Of a DNA stretch of 64,000 bases, positions 43,817 to 55,821 are shown piece after piece. How positions within the stretch are numbered: position 1 is the stretch's first letter; each line of letters opens with the position of its first letter. The position numbers and the translations under genes were made by a program. This stretch comes from a virus. The stretch lies in the IMG/VR virus record IMGVR_UViG_3300024999_000080, positions 12,878 through 76,877 of that record, one strand, 5' to 3'. The notes under the pieces were generated by a model. It was not told the DNA's origin. It did not search any database and saw only the letters and a program-made list of their open reading frames with translations.

Positions 43817-44664
43817 GTGATGATAATCCCAGATAGATTAAAACAAACTTATTATAATATGAAGCAAAGATGTTATAATCCTAATGCAAAGGATTATAAA
43901 AATTATGGATGGCGAGGAATAATTGTTTGTAAAGAATGGTTAAATAATAGTAAATCATTTTATGATTGGGCGATAAACAATGGATATACTGATAAATTAA
44001 CTATAGATAGGGAAAATAATGATGGAAATTATGAACCAGATAATTGCAGATGGGTTACAAGAAAAGTTCAAAACAATAATAAAGCAAATAATAAAATTAT
44101 TGAAATAGATGGTATATCAAAAACGATAGCACAGTGGAGTGAAGAAACAGGCGTTCCTCCCAATACTCTTAGTTATAGGATTGGTATTGGACTGAAAACA
44201 TATAAAGATTTATTTGCTATTCCTAGCCACGTTGAAATAGAAATAAATAATCAAACTAAAACGTTATTAGAGTGGTCAAAGACATCCGGATTAGATACAG
44301 CGACAATTTATAGACGATATACGGCAGGATGGGATAATAATGATTTATTATCAGAATTAATAGATATTACGAAACATATAGAAATCAATGGAGAAATACA
44401 TACCGCAACAGAATGGGCAGAAATATCTGGTTTAACTAGAGATATAATATTGCATAGAATATCATATGGTTGGAAAAATGAAGATTTATTAAAACCTAAA
44501 ACAAAAGAGATAAAGAAAAAAATATTGAAATTGATGGCGAATCCCACACTAAAGATGAATGGTGTGAAATTTTAGATATCAGTCCAACGACATTTTATAG
44601 AAGAATGAAGAATGGTATTTCTAATATTAATTTATTAAGAAAAAAATACAAATTTCAATTATAA
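43817..44664 (+). CDS. HNH homing endonuclease with repeated C-terminal HTH units; the last unit is frameshifted at A7 (44516-44522)
   Basis: MKQRCYNP...TIDRENNDGNYEPDNCRW; three IEI(D/N)x...(Q/E)W units, and a fourth (NIEIDGESHTKDEWCEIL...) in the -1 frame ending at 44664. Confidence 0.8.
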
Positions 44665-44672
44665 AATAATAC

Positions 44673-44720
44673 TTGTAATCCTACAATAAGTAAGATATAA
44701 TTATTATTGTAGGATTACAA
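44673..44720 (+). promoter_or_regulatory. Promoter embedded in a perfect 17-bp inverted repeat
   Basis: TTGTAA-17-TATAAT; ttgtaatcctacaataa / ttattgtaggattacaa. Confidence 0.65.
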
Positions 44721-44733
44721 AATAAGAAAAGAG

Positions 44734-46062
44734 ATGATACATATGAGTAGTTCATTAATTGGAGACAGCAAACTCAACTTTTTCCCAACGGAAATTTGGG
44801 AGACATATCGTTTATTAGGATTGCTTGGCAGAATTGATATTGATTATATGAAAAAGAATTACCTCAAAGAATATTATACAGAGCAAGGTTTATATCAAGA
44901 AATTGCGATGAGATCACTCGACTCATCTGTTCCTATAGACTATTGTTATTATGATAAATGGCTAAATGATAAAGATTATGATAAAATTAAGCAGTATTGT
45001 GAATATACATTGGGTTATGGAGATAAATTTCCTATTGTTGTTGCTGATTTATTTGCAGGAAATGGAGACTTCTTAGACGTAATAAAATCTTTTATTCCTA
45101 AGAAAAATAATAGCAATGATTTCTTATTAATTGCTAATGAATTGGAAGAACATAGGTTTAATTGTATCAAGGAAAATAAAAATATTGATGATTGCTATAA
45201 TTCTTCATTTGAGGAATTAAGATTACCTAAAAATTCAATTTCTCTTATGCTTTATAATTGTCCGTATGGAAGCACAAATGGAGTAAGAAATGTTAAGCAC
45301 TACTTATCCATGATCTTAGATAAACAAATCCTCTACAACCCCTCTACATCAAAAGATTACAAATCAGGATACATAGCATTCGTAATCAGAAAAGATGATT
45401 TTCTTGATTCGCTAGACATCTTATCTAAAAACTTTGACATCCTAAAAAACTCAATCTACAAAACAAATCCAGAAGAATATGCAAAATTCAAACAATATAT
45501 TTTCATTGCTCATCTTAAACGCCATCCTTACGACCTCTCCAATGCCCTACAAGCAATGGATTTCCAAAAACAATACAATGAAGTAAAAGAAATAATCCTC
45601 TCTGAACCAGAATTTAACCTCAGACAATACAACACTTATCAATCAATGAATTATCCTTACATTGACTATGAAACTGCAAAAGAAAATAATAAATATACTG
45701 AAGCACCTGAAACTCATATCAGCAAAAATGATTCAATTTGGAAATGGGTAAAAGGAATTACTGAATTAAAAGATTTAGGTGAAGAAAAATTAGTTGTTCC
45801 TAAACCACTTAAATTAGGTGAAATTAGTAATCTCTTAGCATCTGGAATGATAAATGGAGAAATATCTATTGATGGAATAGGTAGACATGTTGCTATTGGT
45901 GGAACAAAATCAATTGAGAAAAAAGAAATAAGTAAATATAAAGATGAAAATGGAGAAAATGTTACTGAAACAAAGATAATTAAAATGAGTTTGCCCTATC
46001 TTAATATTTTATGCTCATATAATGGCAAATTAATCATAAAAGAACTTGGAGATGGTACATAA
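44734..46062 (+). CDS. SAM-dependent DNA methyltransferase-like protein (DUF6094-like)
   Basis: FFPT, DLFAGNG (motif I), ANELE, YNCPYG (NPPY variant). Confidence 0.7.
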   Translation: MIHMSSSLIGDSKLNFFPTEIWETYRLLGLLGRIDIDYMKKNYLKEYYTEQGLYQEIAMRSLDSSVPIDYCYYDKWLNDKDYDKIKQYCEYTLGYGDKFPIVVADLFAGNGDFLDVIKSFIPKKNNSNDFLLIANELEEHRFNCIKENKNIDDCYNSSFEELRLPKNSISLMLYNCPYGSTNGVRNVKHYLSMILDKQILYNPSTSKDYKSGYIAFVIRKDDFLDSLDILSKNFDILKNSIYKTNPEEYAKFKQYIFIAHLKRHPYDLSNALQAMDFQKQYNEVKEIILSEPEFNLRQYNTYQSMNYPYIDYETAKENNKYTEAPETHISKNDSIWKWVKGITELKDLGEEKLVVPKPLKLGEISNLLASGMINGEISIDGIGRHVAIGGTKSIEKKEISKYKDENGENVTETKIIKMSLPYLNILCSYNGKLIIKELGDGT

Positions 46063-48624
46063 TTGATTCCATATCTTAGAATAACAGATAAAAATACTAT
46101 TAATTGTAATGCTGATTTGGTAATTCTAGATAGTTCAGATCCAATATTAATTTCTTTATGTGATTTGCATATCAAGAATAGAAAAATATGTGCAGATATA
46201 ATCTCTCATTCTTATCATATTTCATTAAGAGACAGAGAAGATATATTCTTTGAACAGTCACTTTATGGCAGAGAAAATTATTATCGTTACAAATCAGACA
46301 GAATGGATAATGATTTGACACATACAATAATCTATAATACAAAAATAAATGATTATTGTATTAATTGGAATAATGAAGATAAGAATGAGATTCTAACAAA
46401 GTATTTGAGGAATATTCATTATTTACCTGTGACTAGTGAAATTGTTGGCATGATTTTAGGTAAAGATGAAATAGAACAAGCGAAATATAAATATAGTAGT
46501 TATGGTTGTATAAGCGAGTGTACAGTTTATACTAATAATCCTTTGTATTTAGATTTAAAAGTTTATAAAATTAATATTATTTGGTTTAAACAGAGTTTAA
46601 ATGCTTTAACTTTAGTTGGATATAAGGAAGATTTTGATTGGAATGATATTGACGATATTGAGTCATACATCTTCAAATTTTTAGATCAAATTAAAGAGAG
46701 ATTGAAGCAAAATGTTAGAGTTTTGTTTGATCCTAATAATATTAATCAGAAAATGTTTGAAGGGGTAATTATTCCATCAAGTGGTCAGATACCTGTAATT
46801 CAAGGTGCATTAGAATTACTAAAAATAGATAGGGTTGTATATTTTGCTTCAGAAGCAGGTTTTGGCAAAACTTCCATATCATCTAAAACCAATCATTGTC
46901 ATTTATATCCTAACAAACAAAATTATGTAACATTAATTGTTGCACCTGCAATTACATTAACTCAATGGAAAGAAGAAATTGAATTAAGCATAAATGACAA
47001 AGTAGATATTCATATTATCAAGAAGACATCTGAATTTATTAATCTTTATAATAAAAATCAGTTAAATTTTGATAAGCCCACATATTTTTTAGTTGGCAAA
47101 GAAACTTTTAAATTAGATGCTAAAAGAGTCTCTGGTGTAAATATTAAGACAATGGAAATAAAGCATAAAAAAGAAGTGATTAGTGGTTACTACGGATACA
47201 AGGACATCAAACAAGTCACTGAAAAAATTACAATCGCATGTTGCCCTGACTGTGGTAAACCACTTCAGAATGAATTGAGAAAAAAGGAAGATGTATTCTT
47301 TACAGAGAAAGATTTTGAAGGCAATCCTAAAAAATCAACTTATAAATGTTCAAATTGTAATGCTGTTTTATGGCAATCAGTTTACGACAAAACAAAGAAA
47401 ACTAGTTTAATTAGATTTATTAAGACTAAGAATATTCATTTTGATAGCATAATCTGTGATGAAATCCACGAGCAAAATAATGGAGAATCAATTATTGGCA
47501 ACGCAACTAGAACATTATTTAATTATGCAAAAAAGATAATTTTGCTCTCCGGCACAAGTAATAATGGATATGCTTCGTCAATGCATAATCTATTATTAGG
47601 AATAATGCCAAACAAACTCAAGGCCAATGATGTTATGGATATGCAAGCATTTATAAAGACTTATGGAACATTAATGGCTGTTAGTAAAAGAAAAGATGGA
47701 GAATACCATCGTTCAGGAAGAAGCGAGATTAAAGATAGCGAGTTTAAAGAAATCGAGGGAATCAATCCAATTATTTTTAGTAAATATTTAGTTCAAAATT
47801 ATATCTTTTCTACTTTGTCAGATTTGGGTAAAGCTTTGCCTGATTTAAATGAAATATATGTGCCTATTAATCAAAGTGAAGAAATGGAAAGAAATGAACA
47901 TCACTTATGGCATGAAATTAAGTCAGCAAATGCTTTTAATTCAAAAATGTATGAAAGTTCCATTATAAAACATTATATAAACAACCCTTTTAAATGGGAT
48001 AGCATTGAGATCAACAAGGGTGAAGAATATAGTGCTGTACAACCAAGATGTATTAAGGATTGTATTCTACCCAAAGAACAGAAATTATTAGATATAGTGT
48101 TACAAGAAGTTTCTGAGGGCAGAAAATGTTGTATCTATATTGATTTTAATAATGGCGGTAAATACATGCAAGATGATACTATTTCTAAGAGAATTGAGTC
48201 ATTGCTGAAGCAAAATAATGTCAAGTGTTTTATGCTAAAGTCTTCCGTCACCACTCACACTAGAAAGGATATATTAGATAAAAAGAAAAATGATTTTCAA
48301 GTATTGATTACTAATTCTATGCTTGTAAAAGTCGGTTTGAATTTGGTGTATATTCCTACATATATAAATTACATGCCTAGTTATATGGTAAATGATGTTA
48401 GTCAGAGCAATAGGCGTGGATATAGGGCCAATAGTGTATTGGAAAATAGAATATATCATCTTTATTATGAAAATAGCTGTGAGAATGGTATTATTAAGAG
48501 GTATCAACGGAAGAATGCAGAAGCTAAAGCTATTGAGGGAAAGTTTAATGTGTGTTTAGAGAATGATGATACTATTCGGACTGCTAGTAAATTAGGTAAA
48601 AAGATCAGTGAAGGAGTTGTGTAA
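46063..48624 (+). CDS. SF2 (SNF2-like) helicase with an inserted zinc ribbon
   Basis: EAGFGKT, CPDCG...CSNC, DEIH, LSGT, GLNL, QSNRRGYR. Confidence 0.85.
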   Translation: MIPYLRITDKNTINCNADLVILDSSDPILISLCDLHIKNRKICADIISHSYHISLRDREDIFFEQSLYGRENYYRYKSDRMDNDLTHTIIYNTKINDYCINWNNEDKNEILTKYLRNIHYLPVTSEIVGMILGKDEIEQAKYKYSSYGCISECTVYTNNPLYLDLKVYKINIIWFKQSLNALTLVGYKEDFDWNDIDDIESYIFKFLDQIKERLKQNVRVLFDPNNINQKMFEGVIIPSSGQIPVIQGALELLKIDRVVYFASEAGFGKTSISSKTNHCHLYPNKQNYVTLIVAPAITLTQWKEEIELSINDKVDIHIIKKTSEFINLYNKNQLNFDKPTYFLVGKETFKLDAKRVSGVNIKTMEIKHKKEVISGYYGYKDIKQVTEKITIACCPDCGKPLQNELRKKEDVFFTEKDFEGNPKKSTYKCSNCNAVLWQSVYDKTKKTSLIRFIKTKNIHFDSIICDEIHEQNNGESIIGNATRTLFNYAKKIILLSGTSNNGYASSMHNLLLGIMPNKLKANDVMDMQAFIKTYGTLMAVSKRKDGEYHRSGRSEIKDSEFKEIEGINPIIFSKYLVQNYIFSTLSDLGKALPDLNEIYVPINQSEEMERNEHHLWHEIKSANAFNSKMYESSIIKHYINNPFKWDSIEINKGEEYSAVQPRCIKDCILPKEQKLLDIVLQEVSEGRKCCIYIDFNNGGKYMQDDTISKRIESLLKQNNVKCFMLKSSVTTHTRKDILDKKKNDFQVLITNSMLVKVGLNLVYIPTYINYMPSYMVNDVSQSNRRGYRANSVLENRIYHLYYENSCENGIIKRYQRKNAEAKAIEGKFNVCLENDDTIRTASKLGKKISEGVV

Positions 48625-48640
48625 ATTGTAAAATAAATAT

Positions 48641-48670
48641 TTGACAGTGATATTATGCGTATGTTATAAT
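48641..48670 (+). promoter_or_regulatory. sigmaA-type promoter
   Basis: TTGACA-18-TATAAT with extended TG. Confidence 0.8.
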
Positions 48671-49499
48671 GAATATATACTAAAGAAAGAGGAGGTAAGA
48701 AATGAAAGGTTTATATCAAAAATATCTTATATTCAAATCGGACGGTTCACCAGTTGACCCAAATGCAGAATACATAGTTTTAAGAATAGATGCTGATCAA
48801 TGTGCAAGAAGAGCAGTAAGATATTATGCTAATCAGTTACTTCGCGAAGGAAGTTTAACTCAATTAGCTGATGACCTAAGAAAAAGATGTGATTATTACT
48901 GGATGAAAGAGCAAGGATTTACGGATGAAGAAATAGAACGATCTTTAAAAGAAATACATAAATAATCCAATAAGTTATTTCATTCGAAGGAGATTAGAAA
49001 GGAGGTTACTTATGAATAGATATCCAAGTGAAACTGAAAACTGTGGTAACTGCAAATACAGTCATGGTGATTGTTATGATCGTTGGTATGAAATTAATGA
49101 AGTAGATAATAGTAATTATCTTGGCAAGGGTGAAATAATTAACTGTTGGGAACATGAATAGTTAAGGAGAGTGTTTAATTTAATGAAGAAAACGGTAGAA
49201 TTAAAGTACCTAACACCTTTGGAATTTGTGGCAATGTATGCCAGAGAGGAATTAAAAGAAGAGTGTTTTAAACTTGAAAAATATGCTCAAAAGACTATAT
49301 TGGGAATTATTGAATTGATTAGCAAAAATGATACAGATAAATTAATTAATGAAGTTTTTGATAAATTTGCTCCAGAAGTTGGATATCTATATTGTGAAGA
49401 TCATAATATATTTCACGAATATGAAAAATGTCCATTCTGTCAATTAGGGATACGAGTTGGTTAAATAATTATAAAATAAATATTAGGAGGAATACATAA

Positions 49500-49767
49500 A
49501 TGGAAGAGTTAAAATTATACAAATTTAATGATGGTGATTATGAGCATTGGATTTTTAGCAAATAACCTTGTCCAAGCAATTGATTACTTTGTTCATGATT
49601 ATTGCGGAGAAGATGAGTCACAGTTTGAATATGGTTTTACCATCAATCTAATTGATAATGGAACATTAGATATCGAATTTGAAGATGAAGGCGAAATGAT
49701 ATCTTGGAGAAAAATTATGAATGAGTGTAAAGTAATTCCAATTTGTATTGGGACGAATGTAGATTAA
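49500..49767 (+). pseudogene. Gene split by a +1 shift in T5 (49552-49556)
   Basis: GGAGG RBS; MEELKLYKFNDGDYEHWI joins LANNLVQAIDY if one T is removed. Confidence 0.55.
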
Positions 49768-49859
49768 TTCTCATATTTTCAGGAAGTTACGATTCTAAGA
49801 ATCAAGCTATAAGCCACTTTCAAGGTTCGTAACTTCCATTAAAAAGTCGATTTAAATGG
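49764..49859. repeat. Non-coding unit bounded by two boundary motifs, with an internal 11-bp inverted repeat
   Basis: GGAAGTTACGA ... TCGTAACTTCC between cores at 49764 and 49839. Confidence 0.55.
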
Positions 49860-52800
49860 AGGTGAAATTATTGAAAAAATATCCTTGGAATAAATCAGAA
49901 TTAGAATCAATACATAATGAAATATTACAAACTACATCTGAACAAAAATATTATATCTTAGGGGTAGCTCAAGGATTTTATCATATTTATCAAGTGTTAA
50001 ATAAACATAAGGATAAAACTTTTACTGGTTTAGAATTGATGGAAATTATCAAATATGCAGGTAGTAATGAGCAAAAAATAAAAGAATATTTTGATAGATT
50101 GTTATTAGATTTAGAAAGTGAATAAAAGAAAGAAGGAATTAACAATGACAAAAACTACAGGATTAACTATCCATCTTTATACAACTAAAGAAGAATTGGA
50201 CAATGCTAAAAATGGAATCAGCACAATTGTAGGATGGACTAAAGAACAGAAACAAACTGGTGCAATTTATCATATCAGTGCGTCTGCGGATATTTGTGAT
50301 GTTCTAGAAAAGGAAGTAAGAATTAATGTTTCTAAAGTAAAAGAACAGATGGATGCGGCTGGATTAATGGTAGGTGAAGCAATTGGTAAAGAATTAGAAA
50401 AGGTATTTAAGGCATTTGCTTAATAATTTGAAAGGAGAGAAAAACAAATGGATTACGATGACTATGAAAATCAGTATGAACCAAGTGAGGTAGATCAATT
50501 AGTTGAAGAATTTAAAGATAAATGCAGAGAACATTTATTACCTAATATTCGTGAAGAAATTGAACGTCTTAACAAAGAAAATATTGAACTCAAACACAAA
50601 AATGACGAATATAGAAAACGAGAATCTGAAATCAATAACAAAGAAAGGGATTTAAAATATAAAGAAGATAATCTCAAAAGAGAAGTGGAAAAGGAATTCT
50701 ACGCAAGTAATATAGGTGATACTTTAAAAGATTACATAGAGAAAGCTGAAGTATGGTTTGCTGATAGAAAAGGATTCTCTCAAGAGAAATGCTCTTTATG
50801 CAATGATAAACGTAAATTGGTTGCTAAGTTCCCTGGTGGTAAAACAACAGAAATGAATTGTGATTGTAGTAATTTAGTACATAGATTTATTCCAGAAACA
50901 TCGGAGTTATCTCTAATTAAATTTAATAAAAAAGATAGTCGGTATCAATCAAGTAGAAGTTTTTATATATCCAAAAGTTATATTCCATCAAAAAATTCTA
51001 GTTACAGAGATGAATACAGTTATAATGAATTTAGGCTTTGCCAGATAGTAGATATATTTAATGAAGGTATTAAGGAATTACATGAATCTAAAGAGTATAA
51101 TACAAAGGTTGGATTTAAAACTAAAGAAGAATGCCAAAAGTATTGTGATTGGTTGAATACAAAGACCATCAAAAATTAGTTTGAATAATTACAAGTAGAA
51201 AGGAGTATAAATATGCCACCAAAATATGAAATAGGTAATGGAACTTTTACAATGTATGATGGGAATGGAAATATTGTAATGGAAGGCACTATGGATAACT
51301 ATAAACCAAAAGAATTTAAACTAGAAGGAGCTAAAAATAATATGGAAAAGTTTGATTTAAAAAAGCATTGGAATATATTTATTAACAATGGATTGGTTGT
51401 AAATTGTAAAACTGAAGCATTAGCAAATGAATTTATAACTTATTGTTATAAGAATAATATTAAATGGTTTGGAGTAGACAATGAATTAAATTATTGGAGT
51501 ACATATAGGGAAGAAACTTCTTATAGATATGAGAGATATATTACTTATGCAAATAAACAATATTTTGAAAAAGCTGGTTATCAGGCAATAGAGTTTGACG
51601 GATTTTTACATAAAAAACCCAAGAGCAAAACAATCATAATTAAAGAGTTCATCGAAGTAATTTATCACGGTAAAGAAACAATCGTTTTAATTAAAACAGA
51701 AGGTAGATATTATAAAGGGGTTGTTAAATGTCATTATCAAGATATATATGACAAAGAAGAAGGATTTAAAAAGGCATATGCAATTGCAAGAGAAAAATAT
51801 AAAGAGTTTAAAGGAGAGAAATAATTAAATGATAGACTATATGATTTGAAAGGAGGTAGGGAATTTGACTTGTTGGGTAATTTATAAATACAAGGATAAA
51901 TTAAGTGGGAATATGGCGAAGAAATTCATTGGTGATACATATGCAGAAATAGAACAAGATGCTAAAGAATGGTTGAGTACAAGAAATGATATTGAAGTGA
52001 TTGATGTTTCTGAATCAGTAATGGAAGATGATGATTGATTCAAATAAAGTTTCATTTTCTGGGATTTTAAAAAATAATTTAAATTAATAAAAGAAAGAGG
52101 TAAAAATTATGAGAATTAAAATTGTTAAAAATGATCCTCCTACTGATGGTTCAAGCGACATTAGTAAATATATTGGTCAGATTTTTAAGGTTGTTCCACA
52201 GGGAGACGGAGATGTTTCAATAGATGATGAAAGTGAATTATTTGCAATGACAATATTCAATGGTGAATATGAAATCATTGAGGAGGAAAATAAATAAATG
52301 CATATAGAATTTAATCTATTTAAACTAAAGAAAGACAGTAAAACATATCAACAATGGGCAACTAAAGACTATATGCAAAAGGAACTGGATTGTGACATTA
52401 TTATTGTTGGAGAAGAAAAATTAGGCAATAAATTATATCTTAGAGGTTCTACTGTTGGCGAAAAGGGATTATGCTTGATTGGTGGTTTATTATTGGATGA
52501 GAGTGGTTATTTAATCCCAGAAGAAGATTTAGAATATACATCTTGTTCGACAGAATTTAGTATTAATAAAAAATATTTGAATGTAAGAATCATTGAGGAT
52601 ATTCAGAGAATTAATGAAAGATTGGTTGGGTAAAGGAGAAATAATATGAAATTAAATTTTACAGTTGAGATGGAAAAAGATAATGACATATATGACTTAG
52701 AAGAAGAATTAATTAGAAGAGCATCAGAAAAATTCATTGAACAAGTTCTAGGAAGTTCATGGAATAAAACTGATCTCTATGAAAAACTTGAAAACGCTGT

Positions 52801-53466
52801 AATATCTAAACTAGAAATTATTATGGATACAGATTTTAAGAATTCAGTTTCTACAAAAGTCACTGATAATTTAGTTAAGAAGTTTGAGAGGACTAAGCAG
52901 TATAAGGAATTACAATCTAATGGAGAAGTGATTACTGATAGTGTTATCAAAAGTGGATTAAAAGATTTAGTTGCTGAAATTGTTAGAAGTGAAATGAAGA
53001 AAGTATTTAAATAGAAAGGAGTAATATGTATGTTGCAAACTATTGAAGTGATAGGATTTATATTGGCCTTTGGAATGATTTCAGGTATGTCTGGTGGATG
53101 GATTATAGCAATGTCATTAAAGAAAGTAGCAAAAGAATGGAAACCTATTTTTGAAAAGATGGTAGATACGGATACTGAATAGTATTAAGAATTTAATTGA
53201 AAAGGAGAATTAATATGTGTAACGAATTAGACAAATTAAGAAATGAAAACACAAATAAAATAGGCAAGTTAATTGTTGATAAAAACAATTTAAGAGATTC
53301 ATTAGAATATTTACTAGATATGTATATTCAATTAGTTGACAATGCTTGTCAGTGTAAAAATATGTATTTTGATGATCCAACAGAATTATGTCCGTATTGT
53401 AATGCTAAAGAAGTATTAAAAGAAATTAAATAGTATCAATTAATAAATAAGAAGGAGAGTGAAATT

Positions 53467-53919
53467 ATGTCAATGTCTATACAGGTAGTTTCAGGAATTG
53501 CCCTTTTGGGTGTTATGGGTACTGGATATTTCTTAATTAAATCTTTAGGTGAAAAGAAGAAATCAGAAAAGGAAATCATTGTCCCACACTATAGTCAACC
53601 ACAAGAAAGAATTAAAATATCTAAAGACGAAGTTAAAAGTAGTAGTATATTTATCAACAATTCAAATACAGGTCGAAATCCACAATATTCAAGAAATACA
53701 ACACCTACTCGTAAAAGTAATAGTTATGTTGAAGATGATAATTTATTAAATTCTGCAATAGGATTTGGAATTATTAATAGTTCTGTATCACATAGTCATA
53801 AACATTCGTATGATCATTCATATAGTCACCATGATTCACATGATTGTGGTTCACATAGCTCTTATGATTCTGGTGGAAGTTATGACTCAGGAAGCTGTGA
53901 TTGTGGAGGATGTGATTAA
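53467..53919 (+). CDS. Membrane-anchored protein with a His/Ser/Gly/Cys low-complexity tail
   Basis: N-terminal TM; tail HSHKHSYDHSYSHHDSHDCGS...CDCGGCD. Confidence 0.7.
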   Translation: MSMSIQVVSGIALLGVMGTGYFLIKSLGEKKKSEKEIIVPHYSQPQERIKISKDEVKSSSIFINNSNTGRNPQYSRNTTPTRKSNSYVEDDNLLNSAIGFGIINSSVSHSHKHSYDHSYSHHDSHDCGSHSSYDSGGSYDSGSCDCGGCD

Positions 53920-53989
53920 TTACATTCAATTGTCCGTTTTATTTGGATTAATATAAATATAAAAATAATTTGATAAAGGAGAGTAATTA

Positions 53990-54601
53990 ATGAGCAGTTT
54001 AATAATTGAAGTTTGTAAAGTAGATAATGTTATCAAACATCCTAATGCAGATAAATTATCAATTGTCACTATTAAAGGATGGCAATGTATTGTAGGATTG
54101 GATCAATACAAAGTAGGAGATTTGGTTGTATACTGTCCACCAGATAGTATTATTCCAGAAAATCTAATTGAGAAATACGGTCTTACATATTTAAAAAATG
54201 GTGGTAGAATCGGAACTGTAAAACTTAGAAAATATTTATCTGAAGGATTGATTTTAAGTTTGCCAGAAGGAAAATATAAGGTAGGAGATAATGTTGCAGA
54301 AGTATTAGGAATTACTAAATGGCAACCTCTAGAACCATCATTTAATAAACAGGCAAATCCAGTATCTAAAAAGAAACTAAATCCTAATTTTGATAAATAC
54401 TCTGATATTGAAAATATTAAGAATTACAAAGGTATTTTTAAAGAAGGAGATTTTGTAGTTGTTCTTGAGAAGATTCATGGATCTAATGCTAGATTTGGAA
54501 CTTTACCTATTGTAATTGATAAATCTCAACCACTAAAATATAGGTTGAAGAAGATGTTTGAGAAATATATCCTTAAAAGAACCCATGATTATCTACTTTA
54601 A
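53990..54601 (+). pseudogene. Truncated RNA ligase (DRB0094/Rnl2-like)
   Basis: N-terminal HPNADKL..GW.C.V and KLR..LSEGL; motif I EKIHGSN; stops about 35 aa later with no downstream ligase motifs. Confidence 0.75.
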
Positions 54602-55145
54602 TCGTTGTTTTTAGTAATAAGAGAACACCTCTTGATCGTTTCTTAATTGCAGTATTTAATGCACCAGTTATAGTATTTGCTTATAATATGCTATTCAATA
54701 AATAAAATATAAAAAGGAGAATTAAAATATGAAAATTGGATTCTTTGGCTTAATTGTGATTCTATTAATCAATCTAACAATAGGAGCATGGTCTATAGTA
54801 GAAATACTGTCTTGGTTTGGAAAATCAGTTCCTATGGTAGCAAATGTTGCAATCGGATTATTTTTAGGTGAGTTTTCAATCCCACTTGCCATTGTTGGAA
54901 AGATATTAAAAGTTTGTGGAGTGTTTTAATATTTTAAGATAAATTTAAGAAAGGAGAATAATCATATTGCAAAAATTACTTTTTCTACAAGACTTTGGTG
55001 AATTCAAAAAAGGCACTTATCTAACTATTCTTGGTGAAGAACAATATTATTATCATATTCAAAAACAATTAAATAGTTTAGAGACGTTTGGGATGCGTAA
55101 AAATGGTAATGGTAAGATATTTCAGGTAGTAGAGAGGAGTTAAGT

Positions 55146-55815
55146 ATGAAGAGAGAACATGTTATTGTGGGATTAAAAGTTGCACCTCATTCAAAAAGTT
55201 ACTGCGGAAACTTAGAAAGCAGTATTAATTGGCAACATGCTAAAAATATAAATCAAGCATATTTATTTGTATCAAAGATTTGTTCCAATTATATTGTTTT
55301 AGACTCCATAGAAGGATCGAATGGTGGAGATTTTTTTCTTGCCAGAAGATTTTGAATTGTACATAGAAAATAATAATGAAAGTAGGAGTGTTAAAATGAA
55401 AAAGTCTGACCTAAATAGTTCTATGTTATTTAAAATGAGAAATGGAGATTTATGTGTTTTATTAGAAGACAATGATGATGCTAAAGTATTTTGTAATGAA
55501 AACGATATTCAACAAGGATATAGTTCTAATTGTGTAACAATAGAGGACTATGATGATGATTTATCTAGCGAAGGTGATGATTATGATATTGTGGCAATCA
55601 AACAACTTGATAGTTGTGTAAGGGTTATATCTGATGTTTTAGAAGACAATGAGCCAAAGAATTGGGATTGGGTTGAAGAGGTTGAAAAAGAGGAATCAAA
55701 AGTAGAAAACAATAACCAAAATATTACAATTAATATTACAATTGATTCAAAAATTGATATTAATGATTTAATGAGGGAATTATCGTCAAAAATTAAAAAT
55801 GTTAGCAATTATTAG
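55146..55815 (+). pseudogene. One gene split by a T7 homopolymer frameshift (55331-55337)
   Basis: ...SNGGDF joins FLPEDFELY... if one T is removed. Confidence 0.55.
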
Positions 55816-55821
55816 ATCCTC

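Larger units (their letters stand above)
48702..53433 (+). other. Array of small hypothetical genes
   Basis: Co-oriented ORFs with RBSs and boundary motifs. Confidence 0.65.

Noticed and set aside
53549-53956. Alternative-frame ORFs 53549..53749 and 53765..53956 (likewise 15060..15260)
   Set aside because: They overlap a better ORF and are by-products of low-complexity or biased sequence
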